Assembly: GCF_009914755.1 (NCBI RefSeq)
Contig: NC_060937.1
Origin: the human T2T-CHM13v2.0 reference genome, Homo sapiens
Length of the DNA stretch: 64,000 bases
Direction: 5' to 3' (one strand)
Below, one piece after another: positions 1 to 19,350 of this stretch. The notes below the pieces were generated by a model. It was not told the origin of the DNA. It did no database searches and was given only the letters and a program-made list of their open reading frames with translations. The position numbers and the translations under genes were made by a program. Position 1 is the first letter of the stretch, and every line of letters starts with the position of its first letter.

Positions 1-96
1 GTCCATGAGAAATGTTTTCTGTATTATGCTCTCCCCCCAATTCAGGATGTGTTATGTGACGTTATGATACTTCATATATATCTCTATAACAGCACT

Positions 97-243
97 TCTT
101 TTTTATGTTTTTTTATTTGTTTTGTAGAGATGGGGTTTTGCCATGTTTCTCAGGCTGTTCTCAAACTTCTGGGCTGAAAGAGATCTGCTCGCCTCTGCCT
201 CCCAAAGTGCTGGGATTACAGGCATGAGCCACCACACCGGGCC
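97..243 (-). mobile_element. FLAM_C-like free left Alu monomer
   Basis: Antisense left arm only; TSD tataacagcact (85-96) / tataagagcact (244-255). Confidence 0.85.
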
Positions 244-269
244 TATAAGAGCACTACTATTGTTCACTA

Positions 270-677
<408 letters not shown>

Positions 678-703
678 TTAGATGAGTATTTAATGACTTT
701 AGT

Positions 704-1003
704 TATTATTATTATTATTATTTTTAGAGACAGGGTCTCACTGTCACTCAGGCTGGAGTGCAGTGGTGGGATCATAGCTCACTACAACTTCAAACTTCTG
801 GACTCAAGCAATCCTCTCGCCTCAGCCTCTCAAGTAGCTAGGACTATAGGTGCTTGTCACCACACCCAGACAATTTTTATTTTTTATAGAGACAGGGTCT
901 TCCTATGTTGCTTGGGCTGCTCTCAAACTCCTGGGCTCAAGCAATCCTCCCACCTTGGCCTCCCAAAATGTTGGAATTACAGGTGTGAGCCACCACACTC
1001 AGC
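704..1003 (-). mobile_element. AluJ
   Basis: Diverged antisense Alu; TSD tgactttagt (694-703) / tgaccttagt (1004-1013). Confidence 0.9.
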
Positions 1004-1914
1004 TGACCTTAGTCTTTAAATACTTATTAAACCACTATTATTTCCAGACATTCTTTCAATCTCTGACTGTCTGATGCTCTTCCTTGACAGATTTGGTTCT
1101 GCGGTTGGGATGGGTGGAGTCAGTGGGAAAATGCCAGAAACTGTGTCCTAAGGCAGTGAGTGCCAGGTCAGGGCCAGTGTAAACAATATAAAAGCAGGTC
1201 AGAGATCCAAATAAGATTGGATGAATCTAGGAAGCTAAGGCATGAAGCCAACTGGGTTGGTGTCTGTGTTTTTGAAGAGGCTGGTGGAAAGGAAATCTTA
1301 GACTTAATCTCAGGTCCATGAGAGACATCTGTGGCAGTTTTTTATTCACTTTAAGATGCTCACAGTGTCATAGTCCCTGGGATACAAAGATGAATAGGAG
1401 CTCATGGTTTTGTGGGAAAACAGATAGGTTAAAAAAAAAAAAACTTACACTTTGATGTAAGAAGAGACATAATAAAGCAAACGTATACAACATTTGCTTG
1501 GAATAAATTGTGATGACTTTGGAAAAATTCTGGTTATGGAAGTTTTTGTTTGTTTTTTAAAAGAGAACACCTCGAATTTGGCATTTCAGCTCCTCAGATG
1601 TCCTCAGGACAAATAACACCCTTTGATACATAGAAAAAAGTTGGATGGTTCTATTATTCCAAAAGGATCCACATCACAACTTTTTTCCAGGGCTCATAGG
1701 GCCTGCTACTCTGCTACTCTGTGGAAATCTTTTCAGTATCTTTATACTAAAGCTTTAAATATGAAAGTTTGTTTTTGAGGGTGGTTTTTATGCAGAGAAA
1801 AGATTATTCAGAGTTTACTCCAGATATATGAAAATTAATATCTAATATATTAAAATTAAATTTATAAACTATACATTTAAATTATTAATTATAAGTACCT
1901 GTTTTTTCCTTAAG

Positions 1915-3150
<1,236 letters not shown>

Positions 3151-3193
3151 TCTAAATCTTATTCTACTAAAAGACTAGCAAATTTTATATCAC

Positions 3194-3500
<307 letters not shown>

Positions 3501-3579
3501 TTATATAACTTTTATAGAAATTTAAATGAAGCTTGTTAAATGAAGACTTTTAAACATTTAAAACTGCATTTATAATTTA

Positions 3580-4245
<666 letters not shown>

Positions 4246-4987
4246 ATTTCTCTACATAATTGGAGACTTTTTTAGGGCTGGAAGGTGCTTATGCTCTGTG
4301 GACAAGATTATATCTCAAAATATTTTTTCCTCTACAGTCATAGCTGCATGTGTGTGGCTAAATGCACTCTTGAAGACTCTGAGACTCTGTGATCCTATTT
4401 GTAGTAGGAGTGGTTTCAGATTCCTAAACTCTGATTTCAAGAGCTGTTTCCTAATTCTTCCATCTACTCCACCTGCTTTCAGCACTTGATTGAATTTTGC
4501 ATGTTGTTGACTCTTAAGACACTTAAATGTCCTGCACTCTATTGGAGCTAAAGACAATTGTACTCGAGAGGTATTTGCATTCTTTTTATATTCTTGCTTT
4601 CTGTTAGGACCACAACCCTCCCAATAATCTAAGGTCATCTCATCAAACTCTGGCTACCCTTCAAGACTTTGTCTTAATAAAGTCACAATTTCAAAGGTCA
4701 TTCTAACGATTTAAACTAGATAGGTTCTTCTGTGTTTCCTGGTCGTCTCTCTAAGCCTGGCTGGCTCTTTCTTATTTTTTAGGTCTCAGCTTGAATGTCT
4801 TATCCTCACAGAGCTCTTCTCTGATTGTCCTTTGATAAGGATGGGATCTTTTATTATTTCATATCATGGCACTTGTTAAACAATGTTCTTCACACTACAT
4901 AAAGTAATTTGGGGATTATTTTGTCTACTTGTTAGTTATCTGTTTCTCCCACTAGAATGCAAGCTCCGTGAGAGCAAAGACTAGTCT

Positions 4988-5677
<690 letters not shown>

Positions 5678-6034
5678 CTAGTTTGTCTTGTTCACTTTTG
5701 TCCCCTCAGTGCCTTGCTTAGTGCCAGGTACATGATCGGCACCAAATAAATATTTGTTGAACGTACCAGTATGTAGCCAAATATTCCGGAATTTGTTTAA
5801 TTTGTTTGGATAAAGGAGTATTAATCTGTTATTGAACTTTGGTTACTAAGAGGCTGTTTGAGGAGAAAAATGTCATCAAACCCCATCTCGTTATGACTAA
5901 TTTGCAAAGAATACAAAAAATCCTCAGCTACCAAATCTCAGAGTTGTTGCAACACTAATGAATCCAAATCTTATAATCCAGCCTTTGCCAATGTGGAAAG
6001 GCTAAAAGTCTTGAAAGGAGAGCAAAATAGATAC

Positions 6035-6098
6035 TATATATATGTGTGTGTGTATGTGCGTGTGTGTGTATGTGTGTATGTAAATATATATATATATG
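6035..6098. repeat. (TA)n/(TG)n compound microsatellite
   Basis: Seen directly. Confidence 0.9.
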
Positions 6099-6921
6099 TT
6101 TTTTTCTCCAAATATTGAATGTGAAATATCATTTCAACATACTCTGGAATCCGAACTAGCAAACGAAGGCAGCCTGACCAAGAATGCTGTGCTCCTGTGC
6201 CGCCAGGCCTCCTTCCTCCTGGTTCCGATTACTAATACTGTCCCAAAGTAAACAGAAACTTGACCCTCCATTAACTTGCTGTAGACTGCCTACAATAACA
6301 TTTCCCCTAATGGTACTAGGGGGAAATCGACGACTCCCGAAAGATATTTGCACATTGCTGGAGTTTCTTGACCTTAAGATATCTTTTTGGAAGCATTTAA
6401 AGAACTAAGGAAAGAAACTGCCCTTTAAGTAGACCTTGTGACAGAAGTAGGTGGGAAAATAATGACACTGCATACCAAACCTTACCTTTGCACAGGATAA
6501 CTCCCTGACAAATGCTATGGCAAACATGCTGTAAGAATACCATCATATTCATTCACCTCTTTTGTGATAAGAAAGGCTATGGATTTGATATCTTGAAAAC
6601 CTTTGTTTTGCAGGGTTTGCTTTAGCAGCTCGCCTCTTACTCACCATGTATAGAGACTGAATTACTTTGGAATCCGTTTTCATTTAGTGACTTGAGGTAG
6701 AGCATTCAGTGTATTTTGTGTTAGAAACCACAGGTAGGACCTGTTTCTGTAAATGATTTATTTCCAGGGATCTGTTCCTTTAATTGATTTCATATTTACT
6801 TAAGAAAGTTCTTTCTTTGCTTGCCTTGTCGTCCCCCACTGAGAGCTTTTGTAAAGTGCGTGGCTGTCATAAATAGGCTGCTTCCTTCCCAGCCCAGTCA
6901 TTTCTCTGAGGTTTACCTGTC

Positions 6922-7232
6922 TTTCTTTTATTCTTTTTTTTTTTTTTTTTGAGACGGAATCTCGTTCTGTCGTCCAGGCTGGAGTGCAGTGGTGCGATCT
7001 CGGCTCATTGCAACCTCTGCCTCTTGGGTTCAAGTAATTCTCCTACCTCAGCCTCTTGAGTAGTTGGAATTACAGGTGTGCACCACCAAGCCTGGCTAAT
7101 TTTTGTATTTTTAGTGGAAACGGGCTTCACCATGTTGTCCAGGCTGGTCTCAGACTCCTGATCTTGAGTGATACACCTGCCTTGGCCTCCCAAAGTGCTA
7201 GGATTTACAGGCGTGAGCCACAGCACCTGGCC
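6922..7232 (-). mobile_element. AluS
   Basis: Full antisense dimer. Confidence 0.95.
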
Positions 7233-7426
7233 TACACGTCTTTAAATGGAATCTGGGCACCATTTCATAAGGATTTTTCTTTATGTTCTATTTTTGGGTA
7301 ATAACCTGTGGCTTGGGAAGGCTTTAACCCGTACTCAGTCAGCTTTGTAACCCCCCTCCCCATAGTAGTCATAACAATAACAACAATCATCATAATTACT
7401 AATATGGACTATTGGTATATTCTTGA

Positions 7427-8023
<597 letters not shown>

Positions 8024-10042
8024 AGTATTCTCTTATATGAATTTTAAGTAAAGGCATCTTTAGGGATTTTTGCAAGTTTTGTTGATTGTAAAATCCAATC
8101 TAAATAAAAACAGTGTGATTGCTGTGAAAACTCAGCTTTGGGACAAGCCATGTGCCTGACCTCCCAACCATATTGCCTGCTTTAAACCATTCTGAAATGG
8201 CTGCTGGATATAAAATCTGTGGCAGAAAGTCTTTTAGCTGGGAGGTCATAAACCCAGAGTGCCTCAGTCTCTCCCATCTTTAAGTAACAGGGATTCCAAG
8301 ATCTTAAAGTGATTCGTGTGTGTTTAGTCTCAGTTCACACTCTGGCAGTAAGGCAGGGACAGAGCATTCTCTCTGAGTTGGAATTTTCAGCTCCATGGAG
8401 GAGTCCAGTCCCAGGGACGAGAGTCTGGAGGGGGGAAGTCCCCATCCTGCACCTTGCCTCCCTTCCTCAACAGCAGCTGGAAGCTGTTCAGTCCTTTCAC
8501 AACACCTTTTCTCTTCCTATAAATAGAAAAATGCTTCTTTTCTGTGAAACAATATTTAAGAAGCACCTGGGTTGTCTTAAGCTTATTTAAAAGGAAGAGT
8601 GGGTTTTGTAAGGAGAGGAAAACCAAAGCCCAAGGTCACCAGGCCAAAAGACAGCTAAGGAAGAAAACTGCCTCCCAAAGCTTCTAGCCATTTCTAGCCA
8701 CTGACCTCCATTTGTATCCAGAGCTCACGATACAAACACCTCCAGCTCAGAACCTCTGGCTGTAGTCTGTGTTGACCCAGAGAACTGAAGGGAATCATTG
8801 ATTTTCAGATTTGTTTAGGAAAAGCTACCATGCAGGGGAAACCCTGCTCAGCCTTCCAGGGAACTTCGAGAGCCAGGGACTGGGGTTGCATGACTTAGTC
8901 AATTAGATATGCTTTCCCAGGCTGCTGTTGTTTCATTTTGTTCTTATCGACATGAATATTTGTCCAAATGTTGCTTTCTGCTTTACCCTTGCCTCCGAGG
9001 AGGGAAGCATTGTTAATGGAGAGGGCAGACCAAGGGCAGAGAATTGCTCATTTTTCTGCATCATGGAAAATATAGGATGTGCAGGAAACAAATCCTTTCA
9101 ACTGGCTTAATCCTTTCAGTGAGGTTCATTTCAATGAGCTCCATTGTATTCATTCCTTATTCAAGCAAGATAAAAATAGAACACTTAGAGGACTATGTCT
9201 ATAGAAACAGAGTGAAATGGAGAGTTGAGGCAATTGTCCGGATAATCCAAGCAAAAACAAATTGAAACAAAATGAAACTAACCACTGTAGAGAAAAAAGC
9301 AGCTTTAGGAGCTTGAATGATCCAGTCTAGTTCTCCACATTGTTCAAATTCACCTGCTCTGCATCTATATTTACTTTTTCTACATAGCCTGGGCTTAAGT
9401 TGTTGAAGAGTTTTTCCCCTAATATTATCTCAAGTATTACCTCAAAAAAAAAAATGCCTTTGCTTTAAAGTATTCCTCTCTGCCCTATTTCTCAGCCAGA
9501 AAGTAAATCTCATCATAGATTTATACATGTTTTTCTATCAGACAGCATTAGGAGTATGGGGAGTTTTCTTTTTCATCTGGCTCTGTGAATTCCCTTTAGC
9601 AGGGAGTTAAGGGCTGGAGATGGTTTATCTACACACTCACATGTTTTAAACCTGTTGCTTTCTGCTTGGCTAAGTGCCTGTCATGTGTGTTGGTTGCCAA
9701 CACAACAGCTTGGCTCATTTAGAAAAGCAAGGAGCCCAATTTCCTCCGAGATAGCAGCTGGTAATATTCCACTGGATGCTAGTGAGACACTATGCGACTC
9801 CGAGACAGTGTCTTGGCCAGGGTTCTCCTTAGCCTGGCTTCCCACATCGAGGGGCATGACTTGCCTCTCAGGTTAGACTCCCGACCTTGTTGTTTTAATG
9901 GCACTTCTCTCTCTATCCCTTTTACTCGGACTCAAATCTTTTCATTCATTCACTCATCTGATTTTTCCCTCTGCCTCTTTCCCAATATAACCAGTCACCG
10001 AGTGCTGTGGATTCCTCTTTCCCAAAGTTTTCCTCATTTTAA

Positions 10043-10414
<372 letters not shown>

Positions 10415-10581
10415 TAATAATCCCCTGCTATTTTTCAGTCTCACTTATTGCTAGTCCCTCCCATGTACATGCCAGAACAATCTTCCTTGAAACTCTGCAT
10501 AATTGAATTGTATTAACATTTTCTTCCACAAATGTCTTCAATAACTCCTTGTCACCTAAAAGATTTTGCTGAGATTTCTCA

Positions 10582-10931
<350 letters not shown>

Positions 10932-11097
10932 GAAAGCTTTTGTCAGTGTGGTTCTGATGAATTTCCAGCCTCTAGTGAACAGTCAGCTCTGGCAAGACAG
11001 GCCTATTATCCTCTTACATAAAATGCCCTTCCTCCTCTTGTTCACCCATCAAAATCCTCATCATTTTCCAAGGCTAGATTGGACATCACCCTTCTTC

Positions 11098-11448
<351 letters not shown>

Positions 11449-12619
11449 TAAACTGGAATCACAGAATCTTGCGGTTAGAAGGCATCTTGCAGGATCCCAA
11501 GCCCAACTTTTCACCCTGCCGCTTACCCTTCAACCTCTGCTTTGACCTCTCCTTTTTTTTTTTAAGGTGTCCCTTATGAGTATATTTATGAGTTACACAC
11601 ACACATACACACTCAACGCTGGATGGTAGAAACGTTGAGAGGGGTAAGGACGGGAGGCACCCAGGCGCTGGCACAGGACAGGAGGTGGACCTGGACCTGG
11701 AAGAACAGGAAGTGCTTATTCTCTTAGAGGACAGTTTCAAAGTGCAGAAATTTCTTTTACAAAAAGCCTCTTCCTCCACGCTGTACCCCCTGATGAAGCC
11801 CAGCCCCCTTGCACAGGCTGTCCATGAGATTGGGGCAGGACAAGGTTATGGGGAAGGGTGTAAGGCCAAAGTGCTGAAGGGCCCAGACCACAAGGGCCTG
11901 GTCATAGTGGCTGCCGGGCGCCAGGGGGTTCTCTCCTCAGTGGCCCAGTGGTTTCCAAGTTGGAAAACACACATGGTAACTCACTGCATTTTTAGACAGC
12001 TATTATTGATAAGAATTTCTTTCCTTCTCTGGCCCCAACCCATTCCTTTGTTTTCTCTCTCTCCCAGATAATTTCTGCCCCTTTGTTTTTGGTCTGTCCT
12101 CAGGAACAATACAAAAGAAATATCATCTTTCTATACCAAAGCTCCTCAAATATTTGATGTATACTATCATAGCTATCTTGACTAACCCACATACAACCCA
12201 GATTCTTAAATTACTTCTTATATTAACATGGTAAATTATTCTCTAACTTGACCATGTTAACTGGAAATACTCCAGAGTGTTAATAATTTTAAAATGTAGA
12301 TTCCAGAAAAGGAATGACTTTCCTGATCTATAGTATTAATTCTAGAGAACTTGAGATATTTGTACCATTTATTAGGCTCACACACTGTAGAATTTATATA
12401 ATTTTTTTTTAATCAAGGAGGAAGGAGGGAGAGTTTCCACAATTTCCTCTGTTTCTGTGGTTTTGCATGTAAACTAGATGATTAGTTCCTGATAAGCAGG
12501 GACTCTGAGCTGCAAATCTCTATGTCCTTCAAAGAAGGCTCTGGACCTAATAGGCCTGCCATCATTTGATTTTGAAAAATCAATCTCAGATAATGAACAT
12601 TGCTGACTCTAGTGTTCAC

Positions 12620-13225
12620 TTTTCTGCTCTTACATTATTTGATTTCTTGGCAATGTTGACACTGTTGACCACTTTCTTCTTCTGGAAATGCTTCATTTGG
12701 TTTTCCTGAGAATCTACTCTACTTCTTAGTCTTTTTTTGTGATTTTTCTTTAGTGTTGGTTTTCTTTGTGATTCATTCTAATGCTGTTGTTTTTTGTTTT
12801 TTTTTTTACTCAACTCACTCCCTTGACATCCATTTCTATGCCTTCAATAAAATCTAGTTACAAATGATATCTTTCTCTTGAGACCTAGACCAGTGTAGGC
12901 CTTCTCCACTTGAATGACCAAAGGCATTAAAATACACAATATGTTCAAAAGCTTGAATTCATTACATTCATTTTGTTTTTTTTTCAGGATCATATTTTCT
13001 TCTGTATTCGTCACTACCCACTGAGGAATTCAAGCTGGAAATCTGGGCATCATCCTCACCCTCTGTCTCTACTTCCCACCATCCCTTTCAATTAATAATT
13101 ATGGTCAATCAATTCTGCTTCCTAAACATTCTATGGGTCTATTCACTTCTCTTCATCCTCATTGCTACTTCCCTATTCTGGATACCATCTTGGGCGTGGA
13201 TTACTGTAATACTCCTACAATCAGA
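12620..13225 (+). mobile_element. L2 ORF2 (RT-region) relic
   Basis: ttgacactgttgaccactttcttcttctggaa corresponds to the L2 RT motif FDTVDH; ggattactgtaatactcc typical of L2. Confidence 0.6.
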
Positions 13226-13289
13226 TTTTAGAAGTCTGGGGATGCTTAATAGCTAAATTCCTTTCATGGGGAAAAATACAGTAGGAAGA

Positions 13290-13690
13290 AGTCAAGTGAA
13301 GAGATTTGAGAAATATTTAGGAGGTAGAATTGAATGAACTTAGTGCCACATTGGACTTTGTGATGAGAATAGAGTGAGGAAGAGTGACAGTAATGGACAA
13401 TGCTGACATTTCTGGCTCAAGGTGGTAGGTGTGTGTGTGTGTGGAACTTGGGAAAAAGAGTTTTGGGACATCGCATTGTCCACTATGGTTTACCATCTGA
13501 GCAATTCCTACACTCTATTGTAATCACCTACTTACCTATGTGTTCCCTACAGCAGACCTGCACTGCAAGTTCTGGGAGGACAGGGACTAACCATCCATCT
13601 ATCATGTTCATGGTTGTATTCCCTTTCCTTGCACACGGCTTGGTGTATGATAAGTGCTGACTATATGATGATCGACTGGATGAATGCATT
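13290..13690. mobile_element. L2 fragments (minus-strand piece, then plus-strand 3' end)
   Basis: gagaaatatttaggaggtagaa motif; gggacagggact...ggatgaatg 3' end. Confidence 0.5.
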
Positions 13691-14696
13691 CTTGTAGTTT
13701 AACATCACAGATGGTGATGTATTTAAAGAAAGGTATCTTTTTGGAAAAAGGTTTGGTGGGGGCAGTTTAAGATTGGTCAAGAAAGAACCTGCTATCATAT
13801 CTGGCTGCGTGTAACTGGAGTTACGAAACAGAAGAAAGCAAAACAAAACAACGACAACAACAAAGGAACTTTAAAGTGCACTGTGGCATTCACTGAACAT
13901 CAGGAAAATAACACAATGCATATAGGCCCAATCAGTGATGTCATACTTACTGAGCATCTATTATGGGCAAGGCTCTGTGGTAGGGCCTACAGTTAGTGAT
14001 CATATGTCCTTATTTGCTCAGAAAAGGCCTGGTTTATGCCTCTTGTCCCAGCATATTCTGATCTGGACAATATGTTAAGTATCACACTACCCCTAGGGGA
14101 TTAAAAAAATCTCAATTCAACTCAAGAAAGAAGGTTGGTCTTGATATTGGTTTAAATGGGATTCAGAGCCAGCAGGCATACATGGCGGGGACTTGGGGCT
14201 GTCTCAAGGAAATTCATCCAAGGAAATTGCTGGGAGAAACAAACAAACAAACCCAAAACCACAAACACATTCAATAAATCTCTAAAAGGAAGGCCTGCTG
14301 GCTGACAGGAGTCTCACTGGTGGCTGAATTCCTGGTGGAAGATCTACTGTCTGTCAGGAGTCTAAGATGACATCATCTTCAATGTCACAATCTCTTTTTC
14401 ACTTGGTTTGAAATATCTACCGTAAAAGTCATCACTTGGGTTTCTACACAAAAGAAGTCAGGAAGGGGAAAGCCTTGCCTTTAGAATGCCACTATTAAAA
14501 AAGCAGTGTGGCCAGAGAAGGACTAGACCTATCTCCATCCCCATTCTTGAAAATGTTTTCTTATTGGCTCATGAGCACCAATGCCAATGGGGTTTGGAGG
14601 TTGCTTGGTTTTCACCTTGGTCGGGATGAAAAAGATAAAAGGGAGAACATAAGAAGGCGTAGATCCTGGGGGAGTTTGTTAAAAACTGACAACATC

Positions 14697-15320
<624 letters not shown>

Positions 15321-15420
15321 AATAAAGACTGTGGATGTGATTAATAAAATACAGGCTACCAAAGCAGTACTGAAGTCACAAGTTCTTCTCAATATGTTTT
15401 CACATCAATATATAATTCAT

Positions 15421-15710
15421 GTGTGAGGCCTATAATCTCAGCCCTTTGGGAGTCTGAGGTAGGAGGATCCCTTGAGGGCTAGGAGTTCAAGACTGTCTCT
15501 ACAAAAAATAAAAATAGCAAGAGTCTGTCTCTACAGATAAAAAAATAAATAAATAAATTAGCCCACCATGGTGGCGTGTGCCTGTAGTCCCAGCTACTCA
15601 GGGGACTGAGGCAGGAGGTTTCTTTAAGCCGAGAACTTCAAAGCTGCAGTGAGCTGTGCTGTGATAGCACTGCTGCACTCCAGCCTGGGCAATAGAGCAA
15701 AACCTAGTCT

Positions 15711-15744
<34 letters not shown>
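15421..15744 (+). mobile_element. AluJ with internal rearrangement
   Basis: Diverged dimer; tgtctctaca occurs twice and cagcctgggcaac is missing from the left arm. Confidence 0.85.
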
Positions 15745-15746
<2 letters not shown>

Positions 15747-15968
15747 TAATTAGCGTTAGCGTGTGAGTGTGAGGAGGAGTCCTTAAATGTTTCAGAAGGG
15801 CAAGGATGGTGAACACAGATCTAGGCGGCATCCTTAATTCTTTGTTAACCTTTCTATGTCTTTATTGCTTCACACGTCAATGTATAGTGTTGAACTTCCT
15901 GTAGAAACGGCATATACGCTCCCATTTTACCAGCTTTTGGAGGTACAATTGACAAGTAAAAATTGTAT

Positions 15969-16341
15969 CTATGCAATCATAAAAAGAACAAAATTACGTC
16001 CTTTGCAGCAACGTGATGCAGCTGGAGGCCATTATTCTAAGCAAATTAACGCAGGAACAGAAAACCAAATACCGCATGTTCTCATTTGTAAGTGGGAACT
16101 AAACATTGGCCATTCATGTACATAAAGATGGCAGCAATAGACACCGGGGACTGCTAGAGGGGGAGGGGAAGGAGGTGGAGAAGGGTTGAAAAACTCACTT
16201 GGGTACTATGCCCACTCCCTGGGTGATAGGATCATTCATTCCCCAAACCTCAGCATCACACAATATACCCAGGTACCAAACCTGAACATGTACCCCTTGA
16301 ATTGAAAACAAAAGGTGAAGTTACTAAAAAAAAAAAAAAAA
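15969..16341 (+). mobile_element. L1PA15-17-type 3' end with poly(A)
   Basis: tcctttgcagcaac...gaaaaccaaataccgcatgttctca...catgtacccc, then an A tract. Confidence 0.9.
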
Positions 16342-16550
16342 GAACTTATATATTTTATGTTTTTGATGTTATTATAATTTTTAAATTTATTTCATTGCTT
16401 ACTGCTCATAAATACAATTAAAATTGATATTTGACTTATTGTCCTGTAACCTTTTTAAACTCAGTTATTAAATATAAGAGATTTGGTGTGTTTTTCTTAG
16501 CATTTCTAAATAATAATTTTGCAATCTTCAAATAGAGACACTTTTGATTT
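16342..16550 (-). mobile_element. Old L1M ORF2 fragment
   Basis: ttgtcctgtaacctttttaaactcagttatt...caaatagagaca resembles the antisense L1 RT region. Confidence 0.55.
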
Positions 16551-16627
16551 AAAAAATGGTATAGTTAAGGTGTGCAACTTGTTGTTTTGATGTAACAATT
16601 TTCTTTTTAAAATAACCCCTGAATTCA

Positions 16628-16793
16628 GGTTGGGTGTGGTGGCTCGTGCCTATAATCTCAGCACTTTGGGAGGCTGAGGCAGGAGGATCGCTTGAGCACA
16701 GGAGGTCCAGGATGCAGTGGGCTGTGATGGCACCACTGCATCCCAGCCTGGGTGACACAGCAAGACTCTGTCTCAAAAAAACCCTACAAAAAA
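16628..16793 (+). mobile_element. FRAM-like Alu monomer
   Basis: Single arm; TSD ccctgaattc on both sides. Confidence 0.85.
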
Positions 16794-16801
16794 ACCCTGA
16801 A

Positions 16802-16910
16802 TTCTGGAGATCTAATGTGCAGCATGGTGACTATAGTTAATAATAATGTATTATAAACTTGAAATTTGCTGAGAGTAGATCTTAAGTGTCCTCACCACAT
16901 GTACACATAA
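16802..16910 (+). mobile_element. L1MA-type 3' UTR fragment
   Basis: gagatctaatgtgcagcatggtgactatagttaataataatgtatt matches the L1MA 3' UTR. Confidence 0.75.
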
Positions 16911-17087
16911 ATTTAAAACTAAAAGAAACCCAAAAAACAAAAACAACCTGAAGGCTATTTCTGAGACAGGAATTTGATGTCTTCCATGCATTCCCTATTG
17001 GAAGATGAGGGAAAAAGAAGCCGACACAGGCTTAGGGCATGTCTTCTTTGACTATGACAACATTAAAAATATATTAATAGACGGGCA

Positions 17088-17239
17088 AGCTGGGCGTGGT
17101 GACTCCCGCCTGTAATCCCAGCCACTCAGGAGGCTGAGGCAGGAGGGGAGGATTGCTTGAGGCCAGGAGTTCAAGACCAGCCTGGCCAACATTGTTAGAC
17201 TCTGTCTCTTAAAAAAAAAAAAGAAAAAAGAAAAAAAAA
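17088..17239 (+). mobile_element. FLAM-like monomer
   Basis: Left arm plus A tail. Confidence 0.8.
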
Positions 17240-18065
17240 TAGGCAAAAGAAGACTTACTTCCCTTTAAACAGCCCCTGTGTTTTTTTCTGGTGTGATTAA
17301 CAGTGTTCTTATGTTTTTTCTTGTAGCTTTCTTCTTTTCCTCTCTTCTCTAGTTCAACCAGGCTAGACAGTTTCTGGTACTGTCACAATAGTTTCTGTTC
17401 ACTGTTAGCATTTAAGGACAGTAGTGTGTGTGTGTATGCGTGTGTATGTGTGTTTGTATTAATATTCTGGCTTCTTTCTCTTAGCATAGTGTTAATTTTC
17501 CCAATTAATTCAAATTTTTATTTAGAATTATTCTTTTTGTATTACATTCATATTCTATAATTCATTTTACTCTTTTGTGAGGAATTTCAAAGTTTTCACT
17601 ATTAGAAATAATAATAGTGTTATTTATATAATAATTTGCATTATTACTCTTTAGTGCATAATTCATTTTACACAAAAGAGTAAATGAATTATAGAACTAA
17701 TTAGTACTATTCCTAGTAGTGAAAACTTAGGAATTACTCACAGAAAAAAGCAATTACTTAGAGAACACTGTAGACAGTGTTGGGGAGCATGTTATTTCAC
17801 CTCCACTCAAGCATTATTCTTCTGGTAGTAGTCGCCTGATTCTTTCCTGGCCATCACATTCTCTCATTCTCATCTTGTGTGCTCAGAACATGATTCAGGC
17901 GCTGTTCCACACAGGCCTCATCAGAAAATTTCCCTGGCTACAATGACTGGCTCAGTGATGGGCTTGTGTTCCAAACATAGCCATCTTGATGCAATAATTC
18001 TCTGGCTGAGACTTCTGAGAAACTCACACTGTTTCCTCAAAGGATTTACAAATAAAGGGGCATTG

Positions 18066-18424
<359 letters not shown>

Positions 18425-18623
18425 CTATGGGGAGCCTCCTGGGGGACCACCCATGAGCAAAGCAGAGCGGAACCAAAAGACAGAAACAAGAGAAAACAAC
18501 AAAGACAAACACAAACCAACAAAACCCGAGTATTGACGAGGTCGTTTGAGCACTATTTCAGCCTGTTCTGCACCTGAACTTTCTATTTGTTGAACCATTC
18601 AATCCTAACCTGGTCCTCCAAGT

Positions 18624-18672
18624 ACACACACACACACACGCACACACACACAGATGCACGCATACATACACA
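18624..18672. repeat. (CA)n microsatellite
   Basis: Seen directly. Confidence 0.85.
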
Positions 18673-18789
18673 TCTCTTATTTTTAGGTCTCTTTACATTG
18701 AGAATTTGGTCTGTTAGTGAGACAGTCCCATTGTGAACTCTTTGTTCATAGGCGATTGACTCCACAGTGCATATTTCCTTCGGATATTA

Positions 18790-19350
18790 AGAGCTAACAT
18801 GTATTCGGTGCTCGCCTATGTCAGACATCATGATAAAGACTTGACATTTGTTATCACAGTCCGTCCTTTCAATAATCATTTCAAGTATCTACTCTTTTGT
18901 TTTTGTTTTGAGACAAGGTCTCACTCTGTTGCCCAGGCTGGAGCATGTGGTGTGATCAAGGCTCACTGCAGTTTTGACCTCCCAGGGCTCAAGCCATCCT
19001 CCCACCCCAGCCTCCTGAGTAGCTAAGACTACAGGTGGGTGCCACCATGCCTGGCTAGTTTTTGTATATATTTTTTGTAGAGATGGGGTTTTGCTATATT
19101 GTCCAGACTGGTCTTAAACTTCTGAACTCAAACTATCCTCCCCACTCGGCCTCCCAAAGTGTTGGGATTACAGGTGTGAGCCACCAGACCCAGCCTCGAA
19201 GTAACTACTCTTAAAACCCTCGTTTTACACATGAGGAAATTGAGGCTCAGGAAAATGACAAGAACACAATGTTAGTGCAGAGTCACGTGGCTGGTTAAGT
19301 GGCAGAGCCAGGACTCAATCCTAGGTCTGTCTGTTTCCAGAGCCCGCTAC
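18790..19350 (-). mobile_element. MIR, split by an AluJ
   Basis: MIR core ttttacacatgaggaaattgaggctcag. Confidence 0.75.
18895..19196 (-). mobile_element. AluJ
   Basis: TSD aagta(t/a)ctactctt. Confidence 0.9.

Noticed and set aside
11685-12071. 128-aa non-repeat ORF and CTCF-like gcgccaggggg
   Set aside because: GTG start, no recognisable domain or splice context; the motif lacks the 3' CGC/CAG part of the CTCF consensus
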